From an uncultured Actinomycetota bacterium (GTDB lineage Bacteria; Actinomycetota; Actinomycetes; Propionibacteriales; Propionibacteriaceae), in the NCBI GenBank assembly GCA_963794405.1, contig CAWCDP010000007.1, forward strand, positions 156,067 to 220,066: 64,000 bases of DNA, written 5' to 3'. The notes beneath the pieces were generated by a model that had not been told where the DNA came from, did no database searches, and saw only the letters and a list, made by a program, of their open reading frames with translations. Position numbers and translations under genes: made by a program. This document shows, in pieces, positions 29,446 to 38,409 of the stretch. Each line of letters starts with the position of its first letter. Position 1 is the stretch's first letter.

Positions 29446-30969
29446 TCAGGACACGGGGCGGTCCAGCTCGAAGACGGTCCAGCTGAGGGGCGGGAGGTCG
29501 GCGCGCAGGAGCTGCTGGTCCAGCACGGCACCTCGGAAGGGAGCGGGCACGATCGCGTCGTGCCGCTCGGCATTGGTGGCGTGGGTGACGCCCGGGGGCG
29601 AGCACAGGATCGTGGCGTTGAGCAGCCGGTCGACCGGCAGACCCCGGCAGTCAACCTCGAGCCGTACGGACTCGGTGGTGCTCCGGTTGGCCACGAACAC
29701 CGCTGCGGTGTGCCGGTCGGGGTCGAAGGTCGCCGTGGCGTCGACCACCGGCACGCCTCCGTAGCGGGCGGTGTCCAGCTGGTCGCCGGTCGCGACGACC
29801 TGCAGGATCTGACCGCGAGCGAGCCGACGCATCTGCTCGAACGGGTACGCGATGGTCTGCTTCCAGGCGTCGCCGTGCTCCTCGCTGCGGATCAGACCGA
29901 GCACGTTCACCAGCTGGGCCTGACAGCCGACGGTGACGCGATCACCGTGCCGCAGCAGGGAGTTCAGCAGGGTGCCGACCACGATCGCGTCGGTGATGCC
30001 GTACTCGCACTCCCCCAGCCGCGGGTGGAAGGTCCAGGGGGTCTGCTCCGCCAGGTCGTCTCCACCGCGCTCCCGCGGGTGGACGACGTTCCACTCGTCG
30101 AAGGAGAGGTTGATCGTCGAACGGTGACGACCGCGGGCCTTGACCGCATCGGCCGTCGCGATCACCGACTCGATGAAGTGGTCCATGTCCACCGAGGACG
30201 CCAGGAAGCTGGCGGTGTCGCCGTCCTGCTCGCCGTAGTAGACGTGCAGCGAGACGTAGTCGACCTCGTCGTAGCACTGGGTGAGGACCTCGTCCTCCCA
30301 GCTGCCGAAGGTGGGCATCTGCGCGTTGGACGAGCCGCACGCCACCAGCTCGATGGTCGGGTCGATCAGCCGCATCGCCCGGCCCGTCTCGGCGGCCAGC
30401 CGACCGTACTCGTACGCGGTCTTGTGGCCGATCTGCCACGGTCCGTCCATCTCGTTGCCCAGGCACCAGAGCCGGTAGCCGAAGGGATCCTCGGCCCCGT
30501 TGGCGATCCTTCGATCCGACCAGTACGAGCCGCCCGGGTGGTTGGTGTACTCCAGCAGGTCGCAGGCTTCCTGCAGCCCCCGGGTGCCCAGGTTGACCGC
30601 CATCATCACCTCGGTGTCGACGGCCTTCGCCCAGGCGTCGAACTCGTGCAGTCCGACGGTGTTCGGCTCGGTCGATCGCCAGGCCAGGTCGAGCCGGGAC
30701 GGGCGCTGGTCGAGCGGGCCGATGCCGTCCTCCCAGCGGTAGCCGGAGACGAAGTTGCCGCCCGGGTAGCGCACCACGGTGGGTCCGATCTCCCGCGTCA
30801 GCTCGAGGACGTCGGTCCGCCACCCGTCCGGATCGGCGCTCGGGTGGGCCGGCTCGTGGATGCCGGTGTAGACGCAGCGGCCCATGTGCTCGACGAAGGA
30901 GCCGAACAACCGACGCGGCACCGGCGCCAGCGCAAAAGCGGCGTCCAGGACCAACCGGGCTCGGGGCAT
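29446..30969 (-). CDS. abfA: alpha-L-arabinofuranosidase, GH51
   Basis: 507 aa with FGSFVEHMGRCVY, VRYPGGNFVSGY, WCLGNEMDGPWQ and the typical C-terminal domain. Confidence 0.9.
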   Translation of the reverse strand: MPRARLVLDAAFALAPVPRRLFGSFVEHMGRCVYTGIHEPAHPSADPDGWRTDVLELTREIGPTVVRYPGGNFVSGYRWEDGIGPLDQRPSRLDLAWRSTEPNTVGLHEFDAWAKAVDTEVMMAVNLGTRGLQEACDLLEYTNHPGGSYWSDRRIANGAEDPFGYRLWCLGNEMDGPWQIGHKTAYEYGRLAAETGRAMRLIDPTIELVACGSSNAQMPTFGSWEDEVLTQCYDEVDYVSLHVYYGEQDGDTASFLASSVDMDHFIESVIATADAVKARGRHRSTINLSFDEWNVVHPRERGGDDLAEQTPWTFHPRLGECEYGITDAIVVGTLLNSLLRHGDRVTVGCQAQLVNVLGLIRSEEHGDAWKQTIAYPFEQMRRLARGQILQVVATGDQLDTARYGGVPVVDATATFDPDRHTAAVFVANRSTTESVRLEVDCRGLPVDRLLNATILCSPPGVTHATNAERHDAIVPAPFRGAVLDQQLLRADLPPLSWTVFELDRPVS

Positions 30970-30984
30970 CCGTGACGACTCCTC

Positions 30985-31043
30985 TACATCGTTGTACTTA
31001 CATCGTCAACACGGGACCTTAGCCCAGCCCCTACAACGATGCA
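30985..31043. promoter_or_regulatory. candidate LacI-type operator motifs upstream of abfA
   Basis: TACATCGTTGTA (30985-30996, 5 of 6 palindromic pairs), TACATCGTCAA (30999-31009) and the inverted copy TACAACGATGCA (31032-31043). They sit in the only AT-richer stretch between the lacI-family gene and abfA. Confidence 0.3.
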
Positions 31044-31133
31044 ATCGATCGGAGGTAACGAATGTGTCGTGTCGCGTCAGGTCGGGTCGAGCAACCGCCC
31101 GCGGCGAAAGGCGAGGAAGTCGGCCTTGTGGTG

Positions 31134-32141
31134 TCACCGATGGCGACGTGGCGCTGCCGTGCTCCCCCGGACGAGCAGGCGGTGAGCCATCGTGACCCGC
31201 TCGATCGGCCGGGTCGGATCGGCGATCCGGGCCTCCAGCAGATCCAGCACCGTCCTCGCGTACTCCGGCTTGTCGAAGTCGATGGTGGTCAGCGGGGGCA
31301 CGGCGAACGCCCCGTCCGCGATGTTGTCGTAGCCGACCACCGAGACGTCCTCGGGCACGCGATGGCCCAGCGTCCAGAGCGCGCTGAGCACACCGATCGC
31401 GATCGAGTCGGTCATGCAGACGATCGCCTCGGGCAGATCGTGCGCGGCGAGGTAGCGGGTGAGCGTCTCTGCCGCCCCCGCGGGGAACCAGTCCGGGTTG
31501 GCGATCTCCAGGTGGGGGTCACGGGCGATGCGGGCCGCCCGGAGAGCGGCGCGATAGCCCTTCAGGCGCAGCCTGGAGGTCTCCGAGGGCATCGTCCCCA
31601 GGATCGCGATCCGGCGGTGACCGAGGTCGATGAGGTGCTGCGTCAGCTGCCGGGTCGCCGTCACGTTGTCGACCCAGACGTGATCGCCGACGTGCTGGTC
31701 GACCTCGCCGATGAAGACCGTCGGCGGCAGGCGCAGACCGTCCTGCAGGGTGACGCTGGCCAGCAGCACCGGATTCAGGATGAGCCCGTCGATCAGCTGC
31801 GCCCGAGCCCTCGAGATCAGCTGCAGCTCACGCTCACCGCTGACCGCCATCTCCTCCACCTGCACACCGAACCCCCGCTGGGCCGCGGACACGACGAGAT
31901 GGTGGGCCATCTCCGCCGAGTACGGTGTGCTCAGATCCGGCAGCGCCAACGCGATCAGACCGCTGCGGCCGTTCCGCAGGGCGCGGGCCGACAGGTTCGG
32001 GACGTAGTCGAGCTCCAGCATCGCCGCTTCGACCCGGACGCGCATCGCCTCGCTCACGGGAGTGGTCTTGTTGACCACGTTCGATACGGTCTTGGGCGAG
32101 ACGCCGGCCAGGCGAGCAACGTCCTTGACCGTCGCACGCAT
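31134..32141 (-). CDS. LacI family transcriptional regulator
   Basis: N-terminal HTH VKDVARLAGVSPKTVSNVVN followed by a periplasmic-binding-fold effector domain. Confidence 0.9.
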   Translation of the reverse strand: MRATVKDVARLAGVSPKTVSNVVNKTTPVSEAMRVRVEAAMLELDYVPNLSARALRNGRSGLIALALPDLSTPYSAEMAHHLVVSAAQRGFGVQVEEMAVSGERELQLISRARAQLIDGLILNPVLLASVTLQDGLRLPPTVFIGEVDQHVGDHVWVDNVTATRQLTQHLIDLGHRRIAILGTMPSETSRLRLKGYRAALRAARIARDPHLEIANPDWFPAGAAETLTRYLAAHDLPEAIVCMTDSIAIGVLSALWTLGHRVPEDVSVVGYDNIADGAFAVPPLTTIDFDKPEYARTVLDLLEARIADPTRPIERVTMAHRLLVRGSTAAPRRHR

Positions 32142-32211
32142 GTCGCGGACGCTATCAGCGATGCGCGGGCCGGTGTGCCGGATATCCCGACGTCATCACC
32201 GAGGAGGCCGA

Positions 32212-33240
32212 GTGAGAACGACCCGCCGCGAGCTGATCACCGCGATGATCATGGCGACGGTCGCCTCGGCGGCCTGCGACGCCGGCACCGGTGGCGCTCA
32301 GGACCCCGATCCGTCAGGAGACACCGTGGGCTTCACCAACCCGGTCGTGGACAGCAACGTCCCCGATCCCATGATCATCGCCGGCGACGACGGAGACTGG
32401 TGGGCCTTCGCCACCAACGGCAACGGCTCCCAGATCCAGACCCTGCGCAGCACCGACCTGGTGACCTGGGAGCAGATGCCGGACTCGTTGCCGGTGCTGC
32501 CGGAGTGGACGGCGGGCGGTGACGTGTGGGCGCCGGAGGTGGCGCGTGGCGTCGACGGCCGGTGGTTGATGTACTACACCACGCCCGCGCCGGCGGACCG
32601 CGGCAACGTCCAGAGCATCGGTCTGGCGGTCGCCACCGCCCCCGGCGGTCCGTACGTGGACGAGTCCGACCAGCCACTGGTCTGCGACGACGACGGCGGC
32701 TCGATCGACGCCCACCCGTTCACCGCGCCGGACGGAAAGCGCTATCTGTACTGGAAGAACGACGGGAACCGGATCGGGGTCGACACCTGGATCTCGGTCC
32801 AGCCGCTGGACGCGTCGGGCACCCGGCTGGTCGGGAGGCCCACCCGGTTGATCAAGCAGGACCAGCTCTGGGAGGGGTCACTGATCGAGGCGCCGTTCGT
32901 GGTGGAGGCGAGCGGGACCTACTGGCTGTTCTACTCCGCGAACGCGTACGACTCCGCGGACTACGCGGTCGGGGTGGCAAAGGCGTCCAGTCCGACGGGA
33001 CCGTTCGTCAAGCTGCCCGACCCGGTGCTGGTCAGCAACGACGTCGCGGCCGGACCGGGCCACTGCGCGCTGTTCGTCGCCGACGACCGACAGTGGATGG
33101 TCTTCCACGCCTGGGCCCCGGACGCCGTGGGTTCGGAGATCCCTGGTCGCACCATGTGGTTGAGCGAGGTCCGGCTGAGCGCCGACGAGGTCGAGGTGAC
33201 CCCGCCGACGGTCACGTACCCGACCCGACCACTCGGCTGA
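32212..33240 (+). CDS. glycoside hydrolase family 43 lipoprotein (arabinanase/arabinofuranosidase-like)
   Basis: GTG at 32212 preceded by GAGGAGG, with lipobox ATVASAAC. Motifs: NVPDPMII, VWAPEV, GGSIDAHPF, LIEAPF. Confidence 0.85.
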   Translation: MRTTRRELITAMIMATVASAACDAGTGGAQDPDPSGDTVGFTNPVVDSNVPDPMIIAGDDGDWWAFATNGNGSQIQTLRSTDLVTWEQMPDSLPVLPEWTAGGDVWAPEVARGVDGRWLMYYTTPAPADRGNVQSIGLAVATAPGGPYVDESDQPLVCDDDGGSIDAHPFTAPDGKRYLYWKNDGNRIGVDTWISVQPLDASGTRLVGRPTRLIKQDQLWEGSLIEAPFVVEASGTYWLFYSANAYDSADYAVGVAKASSPTGPFVKLPDPVLVSNDVAAGPGHCALFVADDRQWMVFHAWAPDAVGSEIPGRTMWLSEVRLSADEVEVTPPTVTYPTRPLG

Positions 33241-33277
33241 GACTTTTCCGGTCTCTCCGGGCGCGGGCTCCCGGGTG

Positions 33278-34771
33278 TCAGCTGAGCTTGCTGATGATCA
33301 GCTCGCGCACCTTGGCCGCGTCGGCCTGACCCCGCATCTGCTTCATCACCGCACCGATCAGGGCGCCGGCGGCCTGCACCTTGCCGGCTCTGATCTTGTC
33401 GGCCACGTCGGGGTTCGCGGCGATGGCCGCGTCCACGGCTTCGCTCAACGCACCGTCGTCGGAGACCACCGCGAGGTTGCGCGAGGCGACGACCTCGGCC
33501 GGTGAGCCCTCACCGGCGAGCACGCCCTCGATCACCTGACGGGCCAGCTTGTCGTTGATCGTCTTGGCCTCGATCAGCGCCTGCACCTCGGCCACCTGGA
33601 CCGGGGTGATCGGGGCGTCGGCGAGCTCGGAACCGGCGTCGTTGGCGTGCCGGGAGATCTCGGTCAGCCACCACTTGCGGGCGCTCTGCGGCGAGGCACC
33701 GGCGGACACCGTGGCCTCGATCAGCTCGACCGCGCCGGCGCTGACCACGTCCCGCATCTCCATCTCGGTGAAGCCCCACTCGGCGCTGATCCGCTTGAGC
33801 CGCTCCGCCGGCGGTTCCGGCAGGGTGGCTCGCAGCTGCTCGACCCACTCCCGGCTCGGGGCCACCGGCACCAGGTCGGGCTCGGGGAAGTAGCGGTAGT
33901 CCTCGGCGGACTCCTTGGTCCGACCCGAGGTGGTGACGCCGGTGTCCTCGTGCCAGTGCCGGGTCTCCAGCGTGATGTCGCCCCCGTCGTCCAGGACGGC
34001 GGCCTGCCGGGTGATCTCGTAGCGGATGGCCCGCTCCACGCTGCGCAGGGAGTTGACGTTCTTGGTCTCGGTCCGGGTGCCGAACTCGGCGTCCGGGGAC
34101 GGCCGCAGGGACACGTTGGCGTCGCAGCGCAGCGAGCCCTGCTCCATCCGCACGTCGGAGACGCCGAGGGCGCGCAGCAGCTCCCGCAGCATGCCCACGT
34201 ACGCCCGCGCCACCTGCGGCGCCTTGTCCCCTGCGCCCTCGATCGGCTTGGTGACGATCTCGATCAGCGGCACCCCGGAGCGGTTGTAGTCCAGCAGCGA
34301 GTGGTCGGCTCCGTGGATGCGACCGGTGGCGCCGCCGACGTGCAGCGACTTGCCGGTGTCCTCCTCCATGTGGGCGCGCTCGATCTCGACCCGGTACGTG
34401 GTGCCCTCGACCTCGACCTCGCACCAGCCGTCGTACGCGATCGGCTCGTCGTACTGGGAGATCTGGTAGTTCTTCGGCATGTCGGGGTAGAAGTAGTTCT
34501 TCCGCGCGAACCGGCACCAGTCGGCGATCGAGCAGTTGAGCGCCAGACCGATCCGGATGGCGGACTCGATGGCCTTGGCGTTCACCACCGGCAGCGAGCC
34601 GGGCAGGCCCAGGCAGACGGGGCAGGTCTGCGTGTTGGGCTCGGCGCCGAACACCGTCGAGCAGCCGCAGAACATCTTGGAGGCGGTGTTGAGCTCGACG
34701 TGGACCTCGAGCCCGAGCACCGGGTCGTAGCGGTCCACGGCGTCGGCGTAGTCGACCACGGCCTCGCTCAT
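33278..34771 (-). CDS. gatB: Asp-tRNA(Asn)/Glu-tRNA(Gln) amidotransferase subunit B
   Basis: Trimmed to [27 protein letters not shown] at 34771. ATGA overlap with gatA. Confidence 0.93.
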   Translation of the reverse strand: MSEAVVDYADAVDRYDPVLGLEVHVELNTASKMFCGCSTVFGAEPNTQTCPVCLGLPGSLPVVNAKAIESAIRIGLALNCSIADWCRFARKNYFYPDMPKNYQISQYDEPIAYDGWCEVEVEGTTYRVEIERAHMEEDTGKSLHVGGATGRIHGADHSLLDYNRSGVPLIEIVTKPIEGAGDKAPQVARAYVGMLRELLRALGVSDVRMEQGSLRCDANVSLRPSPDAEFGTRTETKNVNSLRSVERAIRYEITRQAAVLDDGGDITLETRHWHEDTGVTTSGRTKESAEDYRYFPEPDLVPVAPSREWVEQLRATLPEPPAERLKRISAEWGFTEMEMRDVVSAGAVELIEATVSAGASPQSARKWWLTEISRHANDAGSELADAPITPVQVAEVQALIEAKTINDKLARQVIEGVLAGEGSPAEVVASRNLAVVSDDGALSEAVDAAIAANPDVADKIRAGKVQAAGALIGAVMKQMRGQADAAKVRELIISKLS

Positions 34772-36294
34772 CGGGCCACCTCCTGGTCCTTGATCTGCAG
34801 ATCCTGGATCTGCGCCAGCAGCGGTCCGCCCCAGCGCGCGGTGAGGGCCCGCTCGAGCGCGGCCCCCACCCGGTAGAGGCGGTCGTCGGCCAGCGGCGGC
34901 GCCATCACCTGCAGACCCACCGGCAGCCCGTCTTCGGGGGCGAGCCCGACGGGGAAGGACGCCGAGGCGTTGCCGGCCAGGTTGGACGGGATGGTGCACA
35001 GGTCGTTCATGTACATGGCGAGCGGGTCGTCCACCTTCTCCCCCAGCGGGAAGGCCGTCACCGGGGTGGACGGCGAGACCAGCACGTCGACGGAGGAGAA
35101 CGCGGCGGCGAAGTCACGGCTGATCAGCGTGCGCACCTTCTGGGCCGAGCCGTAGTAGGCGTCGTAGTAGCCGCTGGAGAGGGCGTACGTGCCGATGATG
35201 ATCCGGCGCTTCACCTCCGCCCCGAACCCCGCCTCGCGGGTCATCGCCATCACCTGCTCGGCGCTGTGGTTCCCGTCGTCGCCGACCCGCAAGCCGAACC
35301 GCATGGCGTCGAACTTGGCCAGGTTGGAGGACACCTCGCTGGGCATGATCAGGTAGTAGGCCCCCAGCGCGTAGACGAAGTGCGGGCAGGACACCTCGAC
35401 GATCTCGGCCCCGAGCGAGGCCAGCAGCTCGACGGCTTCGCCGAAGCGCTGCTCCACCCCTGGCGCATAGCCCTCGCCGCTCAGCTCCTTGACCACACCG
35501 ATTTTCAGGCCGGACACGTCCCCGGACCGGGCGGCCTCGACCACCGGCGGGACTGGAGCGTTGATGGAGGTGGAGTCCAGTGGGTCGTGGCCGGCGATCA
35601 CCTCGTGCAGCAGGGCGGCGTCGAGCACCGTACGGGCGCACGGGCCCGGCTGGTCCAACGAGGACGCCATGGCGACCACGCCGTAGCGGGAGGTGCCGCC
35701 GTAGGTCGGCTTCACCCCGACCGTGCCGGTGACCGACGCGGGCTGGCGGATGGATCCCCCCGTGTCGGTGCCGATGGCCAGCGGCGCCTCGAAGGCGGCC
35801 AGGGCCGCGGCGCTGCCCCCACCGGAGCCGCCCGGGATCCGGGTGGTGTCCCAGGGGTTGCGGGTCGGTCCGTACGCGGAGTTCTCGGTGGAGGAACCCA
35901 TGGCGAACTCGTCCAGGTTGGTCTTGCCCAGGATGACCAGGTCGGCGTCCAGCAGCCGCTGGGTGACCGTCGCGTCGTACGGCGGGATCCAGCCCTCGAG
36001 GATCTTCGAGCCGCAGGTGGTCGGCGCGCCGCGGTAGGCGACGATGTCCTTGAGAGCGAGCGGTACGCCGGCCAGTGGGCCGAGCTTCTCCCCGCCCGCG
36101 ATCCGGTGGTCGATGACGGCGGCCTGCTCCAGCGCGCGCTCGGCGTCGACGTGCAGGAAGGCGTGGACCTCGGTGTCGACGGCAGCGATCCGGTCGAGGT
36201 GGGCCGCGGTGACGGCCACCGAGGTGGTCTCGCCCGCGGCGATGGCGGCGGCCAGCTCGGCAGCGGTGCTGTGGGTGACGTCGGTGGCCATCAC
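34768..36294 (-). CDS. gatA: Asp-tRNA(Asn)/Glu-tRNA(Gln) amidotransferase subunit A
   Basis: 508 aa with the amidase signature GGSSGGSAAA-like stretch ([13 protein letters not shown]) and the conserved Ser-Ser-Lys context. Confidence 0.93.
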   Translation of the reverse strand: MMATDVTHSTAAELAAAIAAGETTSVAVTAAHLDRIAAVDTEVHAFLHVDAERALEQAAVIDHRIAGGEKLGPLAGVPLALKDIVAYRGAPTTCGSKILEGWIPPYDATVTQRLLDADLVILGKTNLDEFAMGSSTENSAYGPTRNPWDTTRIPGGSGGGSAAALAAFEAPLAIGTDTGGSIRQPASVTGTVGVKPTYGGTSRYGVVAMASSLDQPGPCARTVLDAALLHEVIAGHDPLDSTSINAPVPPVVEAARSGDVSGLKIGVVKELSGEGYAPGVEQRFGEAVELLASLGAEIVEVSCPHFVYALGAYYLIMPSEVSSNLAKFDAMRFGLRVGDDGNHSAEQVMAMTREAGFGAEVKRRIIIGTYALSSGYYDAYYGSAQKVRTLISRDFAAAFSSVDVLVSPSTPVTAFPLGEKVDDPLAMYMNDLCTIPSNLAGNASASFPVGLAPEDGLPVGLQVMAPPLADDRLYRVGAALERALTARWGGPLLAQIQDLQIKDQEVAR

Positions 36295-36584
36295 GCCTCC
36301 CCGAGGATGCGCGGCACGCGGAACCGGTCCTGCTCGGCCGCCGGGGCGCCGGCCAGCACGTCGGTCACCGGGAGCGAGGGACGGACGACGTCCTCGCGGA
36401 ACACGTTGGTCAGCGGCAGCGCGTGCGAGGTCGGTGGGATGTCGTCGGTCGCGACGTCGGACACGCTGGCCACGGACTCCAAGATCACGTCGAGCTGGGG
36501 CGCCAGGTGGGCCAGCTCGTCGGCGGTCATCTCGATCCGCGCCAGCCGGGCCAGTGCGGCCACGTCGTCAGGGCTCAGTGCCAC
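36291..36584 (-). CDS. gatC: Asp-tRNA(Asn)/Glu-tRNA(Gln) amidotransferase subunit C
   Basis: 97 aa with [16 protein letters not shown]. 4-nt overlap with gatA. Confidence 0.9.
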   Translation of the reverse strand: MALSPDDVAALARLARIEMTADELAHLAPQLDVILESVASVSDVATDDIPPTSHALPLTNVFREDVVRPSLPVTDVLAGAPAAEQDRFRVPRILGEA

Positions 36585-36630
36585 AGGTCGGTTCTCTCTG
36601 TCTCTGCTCGTACGTCGGCGTGAGGTCGGT

Positions 36631-36843
36631 CGCCCATCCTAGGCCCGCGAGCGGGAAGTCGGCGCGCCCGGCGAACGGAGGAGCGATGAGGGCGGCACGC
36701 CTTTCGCCGTCCGAAGAGCGACGACGGAGCCGGTGAACGCGCGTCGACGTCGCGAGCGGGCCCATGGAGCTCGCCCGCGAGCGGGAAGTCGGCGCGCCCG
36801 GCGAACGGAGGAGCGATGAAGGGCGGCACGCCTTTCGCCGTCC
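36631..36843. repeat. duplicated 70-71 nt element (two copies, about 130 bp apart) upstream of gatC
   Basis: GCCCGCGAGCGGGAAGTCGGCGCGCCCGGCGAACGGAGGAGCGATGA(A)GGGCGGCACGCCTTTCGCCGTCC occurs at 36643-36712 and 36773-36843, differing by a 1-nt indel. Related leader sequences precede each copy. Confidence 0.85.
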
Positions 36844-36859
36844 GGGGTTCGAACCCAAG

Positions 36860-37190
36860 CGGAGTCAGCATCCGCACCTCCGAGTCATCTTCGGACGTCT
36901 CGTACGCGGACGGACCGTTTGGCGCCCCCGAGCCGCGGCCGGTCGGCTCCCCCGCGGACCGACCTACCGTTCAACGCCCGGAAGTCACATCCGGGCACCC
37001 GGCACGCCGCTTGAACCGCCATTCGGCGCCTCCGAGTCACATCCGGTCAACCACGCGCGGATCGGGCGACCGTCTCACGCCGCCGAGTCACATCCGGTCA
37101 ACCAACCCGCGGACCGACCGACCGTTCAACGCCCGGAAGTCACATCCGGGCACCCGACGACGTGGCAGCGGCGCCCGTACGGCCCAGCTC
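36860..37190. repeat. degenerate tandem array, 51-52 bp period (about 6-7 units) with a 155-bp higher-order repeat
   Basis: The AGTCA anchor recurs at 36863, 36883, 36983, 37035, 37086 and 37138, with a degenerate AGCCG copy at 36931. An identical 22-mer occurs at 37032 and 37083. A 51-nt block at 36951-37001 repeats at 37106-37156 with 1 mismatch. Confidence 0.75.
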
Positions 37191-38353
37191 ACAGGTCGCG
37201 GATCACGAAGCCGGTCTTGAGCTTGGGGGTGAAGAAGGTCGACTTGGGTGGCATCAGCAGACCCTCGCGCGCGGTCCGCTCGATCTCGGCCACGCTGACC
37301 GGCCGGATCAGCACCGCGGCCTCGGCGCGGCCGTCGTCGACGGCGGCCATCGTCTCGGCCAACCCGTGCTGGTAGGTGACCGGCACCTCGCCGAGCGTGT
37401 GCTCCAGCCACGCGCCGTCCAGGGAGCGCACGCCCTCGAACGCGCCCGGGATGGGCACCATCTTGTACGTGCGGTCCCGGGTGTAGAGGACGAGGAAGCC
37501 CTCGTCCACCATGGCGGCCAGCGTCTGGGGCGTGGGCCGCTCCATGTCGGACAGGCTGAACGCGTGGCTGAACTCGGCGTACATCCGGTCGTACAGACGG
37601 TGGATCGCTGCGACGCTGAGCTGGTCGGCGACCAGCTCGCTGACGAAGCTGAGCGTCTGCTCGGCCGGGGTGTCGGTCCGTCCGGTGGCCGCCCTGACCT
37701 CGTCGCGGTAGGTGCGGCTGATGCCGTAGCGGTGGTGACCGTCGGCGATCAGCACGTCGTCGGTCGCGATCGCCGCGCTGATGGCGTCGATCCGCTCGGG
37801 ATCGGTGACCCGTTCGACCCGGTGGGTCACCCCGTCCTCGACCACCTCGCCGACCGGCTCCCCCGGTTCGGCGAGCAGCCCGGCCAGTCCGGCGGCCAGC
37901 GACAGTCCCCAGCACCGGGGACAGGTTCGCGCGGGTGGCGCGGGTGAGGTCCAGTCGGTCGGTCGAGGCCTTGGGCGTGGTGCGCTCGTGCGGCAGCACC
38001 CCACCGGCGCCCTCGTCCACGACCTCCAGCCCACCCAGCACACCGACGATCTCGCGGGCCGTGCCGGTCTCGTCGGTGAAGTGCAGCCGGTAGAGGGTGA
38101 AGCTCGGTCGCTCGTCGCCGACCAGGACGCCGGTCCGGCGCCACTCCGTCAGGGTCTCGGCCGCGATCAGGTAGCGGTCCTCGCTTCCGCGCGGGACGTC
38201 GACGTGGGTGATGTTGTCCTCGTCGAGGGCGAGGTAGTGATCGAGATCGGTGTCGGAGAGAACGTCGTACGGCGGGGCGACGAGGGTGGCGAGGCGATCG
38301 ACGTCGGCGTACCGGAGAGCGGCGAAGGGCAGGAAGCGGGGCACGGGAGCCAC
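37189..38353 (-). pseudogene. DUF1015 family gene split by a +1 frameshift
   Basis: The N-terminal ORF (VPRFLPFAALRY, PPYDVLSD, LPHERT) and the C-terminal ORF (IADGHHRY, PPKSTFFTPKLKTG) rejoin as ANLSPVLG-LSLAAGL if one base is removed from the CCCC run at 37907-37910. The start is uncertain (GTG at 38353 or 38344, or ATG at 38398). Confidence 0.75.
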
Positions 38354-38409
38354 CCTGTCACGGGCCGGGAGCCTGGCCGAAACACCGGGGTAACGCAAGA
38401 TAGGAGAGG

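Noticed and set aside
36686-36736. 16-codon micro-ORF (MRAARLSPSEERRRSR) behind the GGAGGAG in the first 70-nt element. Also the 134-aa ORF 36816..37220 starting in the second element.
   Set aside because: The two element copies differ by a 1-nt indel right after the ATG, so the encoded peptides are unrelated. The long ORF simply runs through the tandem repeats. Conservation is at the nucleotide level, so I do not call these coding.
36846-36856. GGTTCGAACCC, a tRNA T-arm-like sequence that could mark a tRNA gene or an integration-site remnant
   Set aside because: The flanking bases do not form the 5-bp T-stem (only 3 of 5 pairs), and no acceptor or anticodon arms can be drawn. It is most likely a chance match inside the repeat region.
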